A DNA stretch of 64,000 nucleotides from Eledone cirrhosa (taxonomy: Eukaryota). The first letter of the stretch is position 1; each line of letters opens with the position of its first letter. The notes under the pieces are model-generated. The model saw only the letters and a program-made list of their open reading frames with translations, was not told where the DNA came from and did not search any database. The DNA lies in contig OZ024741.1 in assembly GCA_964016885.1 (NCBI GenBank), positions 307,024,001 to 307,088,000 of the forward strand, given 5' to 3'. This document shows positions 15,089 to 28,104 of this stretch, in pieces. Made by a program: the position numbers and the translations under genes.

Positions 15089-15239
15089 ATTATATGCTTT
15101 CCAGCATAGTTACGTCCCTTTACGATCTGAGTTCAAATCCCGCCGAGGTTGACTTTGCCTTTCATCCTTACGGGGTCTATAAAATAAAGTACCAGTAATG
15201 CACTGGGTAATTGCTGGCCTTGTGCCTAAAGTAGAAACA
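15089..15239 (+). mobile_element. tRNA-derived SINE family B, 5'-truncated, with 11-bp target-site duplication
   Basis: GAGTTCAAATCCCGCCGAGGTTGACTTTGCCTTTCATCC... ; ATTATATTCGT at 15078-15088 and 15240-15250. Confidence 0.8.
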
Positions 15240-15456
15240 ATTATATTCGTTTTTTCCCGTTCTTTGCCAGCGAACGTTTCCACGAACCAAAGTATCGTCT
15301 TCCTGTCTTCCTCCGGTTGCAACGTTTTTTGAAATATCCACTTCTGCGTTTACAGTTTGACTTTGTTAGTTTCAGAAGATCCCGTTAAGGGTGAAAGCAG
15401 CGATTCTTTGCTTAAACTTTAATCTGTTATTTTAATAAATATATATATATATATAC

Positions 15457-15811
<355 letters not shown>

Positions 15812-15855
15812 CAGTTCCCGTCCCACCCTTACAAGCAGGGAAAAGAGGGCGTAAA

Positions 15856-15887
<32 letters not shown>

Positions 15888-15913
15888 ATACATATATATA
15901 TATATATATATAT

Positions 15914-16200
15914 CCCCTCAGCCTTCTGAGATATTTTTCACTGCTACAAGAGATTTAATGCCATTTCATGACCACTGTATCATGTGATAGTGTATCCTAC
16001 CGCCTTTTCGAGATTCTCTTGTGCGATGCAGACCTGGTTGAAATTGTTCTTTCCCTGAGGTGTTCCCTTGAAAAGTTGGCCTAGCTCACAAAAATGTTAC
16101 ATCTCTATGATGTAGGATTTTTGCATAGTAGCCACGAAATTGTACAGTCGGGAGTTTGAAGAAAAAATAGTTATTTATTCATGTCTAATATTTCTTCTTA
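15914..16200. repeat. Unclassified dispersed repeat, diverged inverted copy at 21470-21727
   Basis: GCCTTCTG.GATATTTTTCACTGCTACAAG...TTCCCTGAGGTG.TCCCTTGAAAAG...TGTACAGTCGGGA is present in opposite orientations at the two sites. Confidence 0.7.
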
Positions 16201-16839
16201 CTTTATAATATATTACATATATATATATATATATATAAATACATATATATATATGGGGAGGGTCATATTTGTGTAATATTGCCAGAATTAATAACAGAAC
16301 ACACTCACTGTTTGGTTGGTTTTCGCTTTTCGCTTCTGTGTCTTTTATATGGGTAATCTAATTTATTCGGTCCTCAATGTTGCCATTGACTGACCAACGG
16401 TCAAAATAATACGGATACAATATACACAAACACATATATATAGTTTATCAAAGTTCTTTCGTTGCACATCTGCAACATCGTCAGTGGTGCTATTGTTTCC
16501 TCTCGTTACATTGTATGTCTACGCCATCTTTATTTAGTCTGTTTATATATTTATTTATTTGTTTGTTTGTTTATTTTATTTTGTCTTCTTTGCGCATGCG
16601 TTTGCGTGTGTGTATAGTGTTTTGTTTGATGTGTGTTCGTGATTGGGTAACTGTGTATCGGTTAATGTATTCTATCTTTACTAATGTGTGTTTATATGTG
16701 TTTGTTGTTATTGTGCTTGTGTATGTATTTATTTATCTATTTATTTATTTATTTATACTTCTCTTAGGTCAGTGTTGTTTGTTTGGGTGTTGTTGTTATT
16801 CCATTCATTCTTTCTGTTTAGTCTTGGCCTTCTAAGTTC

Positions 16840-17363
16840 TATTTCACTGGCCTCAAGCTGAACACCGATGGATACATCTGCGTTCTGAGCAAGGTAGTAA
16901 AGCCCTGGATCGACCAGGTAGGCCGTACGTGTGGCAGCAAGACTCAGCACCCTGACATACCAGCCGAAAGACCCGAGCCTGGCTGTCAGAGAACTTTGTC
17001 GACCAGACTTCACCTGACATCTGGCCTCCCAGCTCGCCTGACTGCAGCCCCCTCGACTTCTTTGTGTGGGGCGCAGTGTAACGAGACACCAACAGATCTA
17101 GCTGCAATATTAAAGACGATCTGAAGGCCAGGATCACAAATGCCTTTAGGGGCCTCAGTCGGGGGACAGTGACGAAGGCCTGTAGCCGGTTCCGAGGCCG
17201 CCTTGAGGCCATCATCAAGGCCAATGGCGGTTTATCGAGTGAGATTGAAAGAACAAGTCATAAAGACAAACTGACCCAAGTTTGATAAATAAATCTGAAA
17301 AAATAAAACTACTGTGTTACTTTTTCCTTAACAGCAATGCTGCGAACAAATATCGTCCGCACC

Positions 17364-17366
<3 letters not shown>
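16840..17366 (+). mobile_element. Tc1/mariner superfamily DD37D (maT-type) transposon 3' fragment with right TIR
   Basis: Reads YVWQQDSAP*HTSRKT...WPPSSPDCSPLDFFVWG, with 37 residues between the last two Asp. Ends ...GTCCGCACCCTG|TA (TIR CAGGGTG, TA target). Confidence 0.85.
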
Positions 17367-17410
<44 letters not shown>

Positions 17411-17494
17411 TACATATATATACATATATATACATATATATATACATATATATATATATACATATACATATATATATATATACATATACATATA

Positions 17495-17532
<38 letters not shown>

Positions 17533-17587
17533 CATATATATACATATATATACATATATATACATATATATATATACATATATATAC

Positions 17588-17635
<48 letters not shown>

Positions 17636-18151
17636 CCATATATATATCCATATATATATAGATATATATATACATATATATACATATATATACATAAAAA
17701 TATATATATACATATATATATACATTTATATATATACATATATATATACATATATATACATATATATATACATAAAAATATATATATATATACATATATA
17801 TATACATATATATATACATATATATACATATATATATACATATATATATATACATATATATATATATATGTCTATATATACATATATATACATGTATATA
17901 TATACACATATATAAATATACATATATATATGCATATATATACATATATATATGCATATATATATACACATATAAATATACCAATATATATGCATATATG
18001 TATATATATATATATGCATATATATGCATATATATATATACATATATATATATATGCATATATATACACATATATATATGCATATATATACATATATATA
18101 TATGCATATATATACATATATATATATATACATATATATATATACATATAT

Positions 18152-20887
18152 ATTGGAAAATGTATGACCCCGACGCCAGAGTTCAAGCCGTTTCGACGGC
18201 TATTTCTGGACTAAATTAGAATTGTTAGGCTGATGAATAAATAGCCGAACTTTTCAATGGGGTACTTCCTTATATGGGAAGATTGTAGTTGTCAAGAGGA
18301 TTGGTTAAAATTTGTTGTAAACACAAGTAAGTTTATCATGGCATTTGGTGGGAGGTAGGGGTGGTTGAACTGGCCTGTAGAACCAAAGGCTAACCATTCA
18401 ATTATCGAGGACATAAATCGAGATGGACAACAAATTACCTCCAGCCTCGGGGTCGCCGACCGCACTGAACCCCTTCCACCGCGGACTCCCTACTTCACAC
18501 TGAAGGACCACAAATCCGACTTCGACCGCAAACCATCCATTAGGCTTATAAACCCAACGAAGTCGGACATAGGGAGAATCAGTAAAAAGATCCTAGACCG
18601 AGTTATACCAAAAGTTAAGCAAAACATGAGACTTAGCCTATGGGTCAGCACCCAGGAAGTAATCTCATGGTTCAGGAATATGAGGACAAACGAGACACAA
18701 AATTCATCCAGTTTGACATAGAGAGTTACTATGCATCTATTACCTTACCGCTCCTTACAGTCACACCCATCACTGAGCAGGAAAGAAATATCATTCTCCA
18801 TGCCAGGAAGACAATTCTACTTTTCGACAACTTTAAGTATGGGCGCGACGGATTCGGTCGAGGTCACAGATCTTATAGGATTATTCCTACTATTTAAACT
18901 CACCGAAATGCTTCCTGCATTCGGCGGTGGATTGTACCGGGATGATGGGCTACTCACACTCAAAGGGTACAACCCCAGTAGTACAGACCGGGTCTGTAAA
19001 CAACTAATCAACTTTTTCCGGGACTGGGGATTTAAAATCACCCTACAAATATCCCTAACCTGAGTCAATTTCCTGGACGTTACCCTTAACCTCGAAAATG
19101 ATCTGTACTACCCATACAGGAAACCAAACAACAACCAGAACTACATCCAATGCTGCTCTAACCATCCTAGAAACATCACCAATAACCTGGTTAAAAACAT
19201 CTCCCTCCGCATATCTAGTTTGTCCGCTAATGAGCAGATATTCGACGAACACGCGCCTCATTGCAACCAGGCCCTCAAGCGGAGTGGCTTCCGGGAGGAA
19301 ATATCCTTTTATCCAGCTTCCCTTAGCGGATCCAGCAGGCGACACCGCTGCTCACGCAACGTAACGTGGTTCAATACTCCCCATAATGCCGAGGTGGCAA
19401 CACCTATCGGGAAAATCTTCTTTAGACTCTTCGAAAAACACTTTCCACTACAACACCGCTACCACAACATAATCAACAAAAACACCATCAAACTCTCCTA
19501 CAGCACCACACCTAACTTCGCACAAAACATGGTCTCCTCAAACAACAAAAAACGCAACACCTATGGAAGAAATAACCTAGACATCAGTGGAGAGCTGACC
19601 AGGAGGTGTAACTGCCCTGATAGATCTACGTAAAGAACGTAACGTGATCTACCAGTGCAACGTGAGGACGGACACCTCCAACAAAGCTTATATAGGATTA
19701 ACCGCGTGTGACTTCAAGACCTGGCTCTACCAACACCAACATACATTCCGAAACCCGGTCCGGCGACATGCCACTACACTTTCGGGTCACATCTGGGACC
19801 TCCAAGATAATAATATAACCTACAATCTCAATTGGAGCTTACTGACCAAAGCTAACTCTTACACGGGAGGACGCCGTCCGTGTAACTTATGCTCGGAGGA
19901 AACATTGCAAATGCTGTTTTCGAAGGACCAACTCCTAAACAAGAAAGAGGAACTGATAAAGGCATGCAAACACAGATTGCGTAGGACTTACCTCGCCCTC
20001 AAACCCCATAACGACCCGGGTGGGTAGACAAGGACTGATACCCCCCTACTTGCTGAATAAGTTAGGGAAACCCCAGCTACCTTAGGTAGATGTATCTCTT
20101 TTCTTTTCCTCTTTGTCTTCTTCCCCCTGTCTCATCCTATCACTTCCTTCCACTCCCTATTTACTTCCTCGTCTGCTTTTCCTCTTCGCCTACCCCGATG
20201 CAATCCATCGGGCCTCTGTAGCATCAGTTCCTCCACCCCTGTAATCTTAAGATAGAATTGGCCGAATACGTTTTACTAACTACTTATAGCAGACGAGTTA
20301 AACCCCTTCAATTTTGTATCAGTTCTGGTACTACTCAATTTCTACAAGTTTTTTCTATTCTCAACTTATTAACCTGTAATTGTAAGATAGCATTGTGATT
20401 TTTTTTATTCATTTCTCACTATCTAATTTTTTTATTTCTTTCTATTATCTTTTATTGTCTCCTACTCTCATTCGATTTACCTATTCTATAATCTCCCTCC
20501 TCCACTTCATACTCTATCCTCAGAATCTGCTGTATACATATAACTTTCAACGCTTGACCGCTCCTGTCACTCTCCTATTGTTCTACAGGCAAGTTCAGGC
20601 ACCCCTACCTCCCACCAAATGCCATGATAAACTTATTTGTGTTTACAACAAATTTTAACCAATCCTCTTGACAACTACAATCTTCCCATACAAGGAAGTA
20701 CCCCTTTGAAAAGTTTGGCTATTTATTCACCAGGCTAAAAATTCTAATTTAGTCCAGAAATAGCCGTTGAAACGGCTTGAGCTCTACCGTCGGGGTCATA
20801 CTTTTTCCTATTTCCCACTCTACAACCGGAAGTATTGAGTACTCTGGTGCATTATGGCCCATCTGGTTCCTTACCACAATTCCTTTG

Positions 20888-20890
<3 letters not shown>
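18152..20890 (+). mobile_element. Penelope-like element (YRDD-type RT + GIY-YIG, possibly Naiad clade) with inverted partial pseudo-LTR at its 5' end
   Basis: TLKDHK...RLINPTK, FIQFDIESYY, GLYRDDGL, NFLDVT, CNC, VIYQC...AYIGLT, CNLC. 18154-18382 is the reverse complement of about 20580-20808. Confidence 0.88.
20700..20796 (+). ncRNA. Hammerhead-like fold in the Penelope pseudo-LTR, non-canonical core and long stem II
   Basis: ACCCC-TTTGAAAA-stem II (TGGCTATTT...AAATAGCCG)-GAAA-CGG...CCG-TC-GGGGT; inverted copy at about 18165-18265 and partial copy at 59417-59462. Confidence 0.5.
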
Positions 20891-20975
<85 letters not shown>

Positions 20976-20985
20976 GCATATATAA

Positions 20986-21174
20986 TTGATTCTATTTTAG
21001 GCACAAGGCCAGCAAATTACCTAGTACATTACTGGTACTTAATTTTATCGACCCCGTAAGGATGAAAGGCAAAGTTAACCTCGGCGCGATTTGAACTCAG
21101 TTCATAAAGGGACGTAACTCTATGCGTCAAAGCATGGTGTCCCACTCTCTACCGATACTGCCAATCCACCGCCC
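20986..21174 (-). mobile_element. tRNA-derived SINE family B
   Basis: Reverse complement has the head GGCGGTGGATTGGCAGTATCGGTAGAG, the B box GAGTTCAAATC and the same body as 15089-15239. Confidence 0.8.
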
Positions 21175-21981
21175 TATATGCATATATAATAATGAGAGGT
21201 ACACAGATATATGTGCATACATACATATACATGTATATATAAACATATTTTTTCACAAGTATGTGAGATTGTATGCTGTCGACCTTAACCAGTGTTGCTC
21301 TATGATTATGAGACAAGATAATCGAAATAATTAAATTGACACAATATCAGAGTTATGTAAAATATTATAATACCGTCTAACCCATGCTAGCGTAGAAGAA
21401 CGGACGTAAAACGGTGATGATGATGATGATGATGATTATAAAATAAGAAGAAATAATAGACACAAATATATACCTATTTTTTCTTCAATGTCCCGACTGT
21501 ACAGTTTTGCTGGTCACTATGCAAAAATGTTATATCATAGAGATGTAACATTGTTGTGAGGTAAGCCAGCTTTTCAAGGGAGCACCTCAGGGAAGAGCCT
21601 AGACACGTCCGTAACATGAGAAAATCTCAAAAAGGCGGAGGGAGACTCTATTACGTGATACACCGGTCAAGAAAGGGGACTAAATTCCTTGTAGCAGTGA
21701 AAAATATCACAGAAGGCGGAAGTGGATATTAATATGATACAGAGGCTACAGAGGGGTGGTAAGGTTGACTGGAAGTGTATATAGTGTTTCCTTGAAAGCA
21801 GTCACTATACTTCCGTGGTTACTCTACCGTGAGGGAGTTAGAGACAATAATAAGAGGAACACAGATATATTTCGAAACGGCAACGCCCCCCGGTAGCATT
21901 GCCAGGCCAGGGATTTTTGGAAGTTATCCATAGGCCCTGGGCTGAAAGTTCTCCGGAAGAGAGCAAACAGCTGATCTTTTT

Positions 21982-22262
21982 CGATGCTGACGATAGCTAA
22001 TAAGCTTGAAACTAGTACATCGTTCCTGTGTCTGTGTTGAACAAAAGGGCGACGATGGTTTCCGAACACTGTACGGCGTAATTTGGGCTGTTTGTTTACA
22101 AACAAACTGAACATTATAATAAATGTTCGGTAAAGCCATACGTACATATATATATATGTGTGAATGTATGTATATATATACATATATGTATGTACACATA
22201 CGTACATTTAAGTATCAGCCGTACTATGAGTGAGAAATGAAATTTGGTTTCATTCTTTTCCA
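21982..22262 (+). mobile_element. Diverged partial monomer of the hammerhead-bearing (retrozyme-like) repeat family
   Basis: CGATG-CTGACGA-TAGCTAATAAGCTT-GAAA-CTAGTA-CATCG at 21982-22022, followed by sequence colinear with the 466-bp unit. Confidence 0.85.
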
Positions 22263-22478
22263 TTTACATATATATATATATATACATATATATATACATA
22301 CATATATACATATATATATATACATAAGAATTAAAATACTAGACTGTGTTGGAGTTAAACACACTCTTCATATTATAGAAATGACAGTATAAGATATAGC
22401 TCAATGTAATTAAACAGAGCCGAAGAATTATAAAAAAATAAACCAAAGAAGCCTTCAATACAACAAAAGTCTTTATTA

Positions 22479-22516
22479 GCCAACAATGTTTCGTCCTATT
22501 AAGGACTCATCAGGGC
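22479..22516 (-). ncRNA. Minimal type I hammerhead ribozyme
   Basis: Minus strand GCC-CTGATGA-GTCC TTAATA GGAC-GAAA-CATTGT-T-GGC, then AATAAA. Confidence 0.75.
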
Positions 22517-23484
22517 AAGTAAAGCTACAAGAAGCACTATCGGCCAATACAAGCCAAAAACTCAGAAGAATATGGAGTATACATCTATTAAAGCTTAGGA
22601 AAGATATTAAGGAAAAGTTGGCTAAGATTAAGAGTGATCAGTTACAAACATAGATATAGACCAAATAGCAAGGAAGTGATTAACATGTTGAACCCACATT
22701 GCAAATATTATATAATGCAAAAATTTGAAACACAAATGGTAATATAATGCGAGAATTACAGTACGATATAGAATATAATATAATATAATAGATGGTGATA
22801 ATAAAAAGCTTAATATATTTATATATATATATATATATCAATACATATAGACATTAGTACAAACACAAACTAACACTTATTAAGTATTTAAATATATATA
22901 TATATATTGTTTACAGTATAATATAATAAGGATAAAAATAAGAATAAAGATAAAAATAAAAATAAAATATAATATATAATTCGCTGTCAATGTGCATAAA
23001 CAATATAGAAACATTATAATAACATTATAATAACAATATTATAATATATTGGCATCAAAAGATATACAGAATTACATCATATATATAATTCAAGGTTAAC
23101 AAATAGTATAAAGTTTTACACAGGGTAAGAAAAAATCATATAGAACTAAATAGTGTTGAAAAAATTGTGTTGAAGAAATATCTATACCATTGTAATAAAT
23201 ACACGGAGGTTAAGTCATTATACATTGGCATAAATATTACCAAAATATCACAAAATATTACAAAATATATTTACGTGGTTGACATACAGACATATATTAA
23301 TGAAATAACATGGTCAGACAAACAGCGTGTGGTAGTAAAATAATAAATAAAATAAAATAAAATAAACCGAAGATCGAAAAACAAAAAGAAGTATATATAT
23401 ATACATATATATAACAAGTATATATATATACATATATATAACAAGTATATATATATACATATATATATACCTACATATATACAT

Positions 23485-23543
<59 letters not shown>

Positions 23544-23551
23544 CATACAAT

Positions 23552-23838
23552 GGAGGCACATGGCTTAGTGGTTAGAGCATTGGCCTTGCAATCGAAAGGT
23601 TGTGAGTTCAATTCTCAGACCGGGTGATGTGTTGTTTCCCCGAGCAAGACACTTTATTTCACATTGCTCCAGTTTACTCAGTTGTAGAAATGAGATGATA
23701 GGGATTGGGGTCCCTATCATTCCACTGCAAAGTGGTCGTGGAGGTGCCACGGCAAAAAAGCACCCAGCATTCACTGAAAATGAGGTTGGTGTTAGGAAGG
23801 GCATCCAGCTGTAGAAATCAAGCCAGAATCAGTTCCCG
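23552..23838 (+). mobile_element. SINE family A, 3' end abuts an inverted RTE fragment
   Basis: Same tRNA head and body as 8857-9155. Confidence 0.85.
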
Positions 23839-24370
23839 TGACATTGTCTTGGAGAGGTGTAAGTGTGTCAGGTCAGAATTTAACAAGTCGTCCCAGGTTT
23901 TTCTGGGTCTGCCTACTCTGTGGCTACCGTCTATTTTGATCGCCCTGCACTTTTTTATACAGCTGTCATCTTTCATGCGCATCACGTGACCGTACCAACG
24001 TAGTCTTCTCTCGAGTAAACAACTATTGATCCTTCTTATTCCTAATTTCTCCCTTAGTTCGTTTATGCTTTGCCCTTTGTGTATATTACTATTACACACC
24101 CAACGGAGCATGCAAGCTTTGTTCCTCTCCAGTCTGCATATATCCTCTGCACACAATGCCCAAGTCTCACTGCCATGTAACATTGCTGTTCGTATGCAGG
24201 CATCATACAGCCTGCCTTTCATTTTTAGAGAGAACCCTTTAGCGGCCAATAGTGGTATAAGCTCTCTGAACTTTTTCCATCCCGTTCTGACTCTAGCTAC
24301 TGTACTTTCAGAGCACCCTCCACCACTGCTGATTTTGTCACCCAGGTAAAGGAAGGTGTCCACTATTTCT
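23838..24370 (-). mobile_element. RTE-clade LINE C-terminal fragment
   Basis: [42 protein letters not shown]; near-identical to 47575-48090. Confidence 0.85.
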
Positions 24371-24373
24371 TCG

Positions 24374-25420
24374 TTTAAGCACGTGTGTTGTTTTGGCCAC
24401 AGAGCAAGGGGAGTAACTCTGGCCGGTGTTTAAATAATCGTCCCACACTGCTTTTTACCCGTTCACATGATGGTGTTTTCCGTTATTATTTTGCGGGTGC
24501 TGTTTACTATTGCCGATTCGAGCTGGGTCTGGGATGCATAGTTGGTTCACAAATGTTTATTTGCGCCACCTGCCCACCGGGGTGTTATGGTTTGGGCAGG
24601 GGGACCCAGTTTATGGTTTTCATGCCACAGTCGGTTTCTATCCGAAGTAAGACATCCGTATTCGGTGCCTGCAGTTTATGACCGATTCGGCTCTGCTGTT
24701 TATGAGTTCAAGGGGTGTTCTTATGATATAGTAAAGCTCCATGTGGCAAAGCTCACACTCCCCCTTGAAATTGTAGGGTGCAGCCCTACCGACAATATCC
24801 CAGTGCGCGGAGAAGCTAATGTTGGCATCTTTTAATGTTGTGACGTAATTGGTAAGTGATGTGGAGTTTCTTAGTTTTTTGTTCCTAAAAGAGAGATGTG
24901 TTCGAAATCTAATTTTGAACTGGCCAGAGGTGGCTCCTATATAGTGTTTAACGCTATTATGGCTAGTTATGGTGCACCTATAAATAACATTATCAGGAGG
25001 CAGCTTCCCCTGTCATAACAGTTGCATTTTCGGTCGCGGTCGCTCCTAGTTCCTAAAGTAAAGCTATTACTATTGCTACCTATGTTGTTATCTATGTCTC
25101 TATCTCGGTTGTTGGTACTGTTATATCTCATGGCGTGCGGGGTAGTACCATTATCACCCCGCACGCCGCAGCCCATTCTGTTGCTGGTGGGTGACACGTA
25201 CAGGTCACCAGCATACTCTCCAGTTTCGCCTTGGTTATGTTCGTTTCGTCGGTTGGGGCTGCCGCCAACACTATTGGGTGCTGCTAGGGGGACATTAAGG
25301 CTATTAGGGTTACTGTCGGGTCTAGATGTATCTGTGCTAAGATGCCGTGTTTTGGTGATCTTACTATGATTAGTTGTTCCTATGATGTCAGCTAGATTGG
25401 GGGTGGTAGACAAGGCTATT
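24374..25420 (-). mobile_element. Penelope-like GIY-YIG fragment with low-complexity linker
   Basis: [11 protein letters not shown]...[10 protein letters not shown], then (frameshift) [21 protein letters not shown]...CELC; same family as 28105-29152. Confidence 0.75.
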
Positions 25421-25713
25421 TTATATATACATGTATATATATATGTATATATATATTTATGTATATATATATATATGTATATATGTATATATATATATGT
25501 ATATATGTGTATATATATGTATATATGTATATGTATGTATATATATGTGTGTATATATATGTATATATACGTATGTATATATATATGTGTGTGTGTATAT
25601 ATAGCTTATATTTCTAATTTCAAACCCGCTCGCTGTTTCGAAAATATTCTTACTTGACATATATATATATGTATATATGTATATACATATATATGTATGT
25701 ATATATATATGTG

Positions 25714-25746
<33 letters not shown>

Positions 25747-25857
25747 GTATATATATGTACGTTTATGTATGTATATGTATATATATATATGTATACGTAT
25801 ATATATGGAAATGTATATATGTATATGTATATATATGTATGTATATGTATATATATA

Positions 25858-26692
25858 CAGGGAAATGGCCAGGTTCGATATGCAGAAAAGGAACTGGCAT
25901 AAATTCTATAAAATGCACACAATGCAGATCCTGGGTACACAAGAGATGTAGCGGGATAGCAGGCAAACTAACAGGTGGGGAGAAATATGTATGCAGTAGA
26001 TGTACAGGGAAATTAGACAGTAGAAGTCGCATTGATAGACACATTTTTCAAATGCAGGAGGGCGCTATAGAAGTGGTGGATAGCTTCCGGTACCTAGGAG
26101 ATCAGATTAGCATGGGAGGAGGGTGTTCCGAGGCCATAGTATCTAGAATAAGGACGGGTTGGAAGAAGTTTAGGAAGCTGCTTCCTCTGTTGACGAAGAA
26201 GGGTTTCTCCCTGCGTACGAAAGGCCAGTTGTATGATGCCCGTGTGAGGAGCGCGATGCTACATGGTAGTGAGACATGGGCAGCAACTGCAGAGGATATG
26301 CGACGGCTGGAGAGAAATGAGGCAAGCATGCTCCGTTGGATGTGCAGTGTAAATGTGCGTGAACGACCCAGCATAAATGTGTTGAGAGAGAAACTGTGTC
26401 TGAGAGGGATAGAATGTAGTGTACGGGAGAGGAGACTGAGGTAATATGGACATGTGATGCGCATGGAGGATGACCGATTGGTGAAGAAGTGCCAGGAATT
26501 GACAGTTGAAGGAAGACGTGGTAGAGGTAGACCACGAAAAACATGGGCGGAGGTGGTGAGAACAGACCTCAGATCATTGAAGCTCACGGTGGAGATGACG
26601 AGGGACCGTGACGAGTGGAGAGACGCTGTGCTGAATAAGATCTGTCCCACCCTTGCAAGCAGGGAAAAGCGGACGTAAAATGATGATGATGA
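25858..26692 (+). mobile_element. RTE-clade LINE 3' end with (ATG)n tail
   Basis: PHD-like [40 protein letters not shown]; ends CCCACCCTTGCAAGCAGGGAAAAGCGGACGTAAAATGATGATG. Confidence 0.88.
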
Positions 26693-26709
26693 TACATATA
26701 CATACATAT

Positions 26710-27053
26710 ATCATCATCATCATCATTTCATTTTACGTCCGCTTTTCCCTGCTTGCAAGGGTGGGACGGGAACTGATTCTGGCTTGATTTTTACAGCTGG
26801 ATGCCCTTCCTAACACCAACCTCATTTACAGTGAGTGCTGGGTGCTTTTTTGCCGTGGCACCTCCACGACCACTTTACAGTGGAATGATATGGACGTCAG
26901 TCCCTATCATCTCATTTCTATAGCTGAGTAAACTGGAGCAATGTTAAATAAAGTGTCTTGCACAAAGAAACAACACATCACCCAGTCTGAGAATTGAACT
27001 CACAACCTTTCGATTGCAATGCCAATGCTCTAACCACTAAGCCATGTGCCTCC
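26710..27053 (-). mobile_element. SINE family A, full length
   Basis: Reverse complement of the tRNA head to RTE-like tail; tail-to-tail with the preceding LINE. Confidence 0.88.
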
Positions 27054-27139
27054 ATATATACATATAAATATATATATATATACATTTACATATATATATA
27101 TACATATACATATATATATATATACATATATAAACATAG

Positions 27140-27206
<67 letters not shown>

Positions 27207-27295
27207 CATATATATATACATATATATACATATATATACATACATATATATACACACATATATATATACAAACATATATATATCCATAAATATAT

Positions 27296-27412
<117 letters not shown>

Positions 27413-27525
27413 CATATATATATCTCCGATTCAACCCGGAATAACTTAACTATATATATATATATATATATATAAATACATATATATACATAAATATATA
27501 CATATATATAGATATACATACATAC

Positions 27526-27604
<79 letters not shown>

Positions 27605-27840
27605 CATATATAACCTATGCTAGCGTGGAAAAAGGGACGTTAAACAAAGATGATGATGATGATGATGGTATATATATATATATATATATATACATATATA
27701 CATACATACCCATACATATATATATACACACATATATATATATACATACATATATATATATATACATTTATATACATATATATATATACATACATATATA
27801 TATACATACATATATATATACATTTATATATATACATATA

Positions 27841-27912
<72 letters not shown>

Positions 27913-28104
27913 CAAACATATATATATATATATACAAACATAAATATATATATATACATACATACATATATATATATATATACAAACATATATGTATATA
28001 TATACATACATATATATATGGTGGCTGCCAACTCGTTTTCAAGTACGGCCACTACTTTATATCCATGTAAGAGAACTCCTACCGATACGCTGAACGAGTG
28101 TTAA

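Noticed and set aside
17282-18219. Long YIYI/ICIY ORFs here and throughout the window
   Set aside because: Translation artefacts of (TA)n/(TACA)n tracts.
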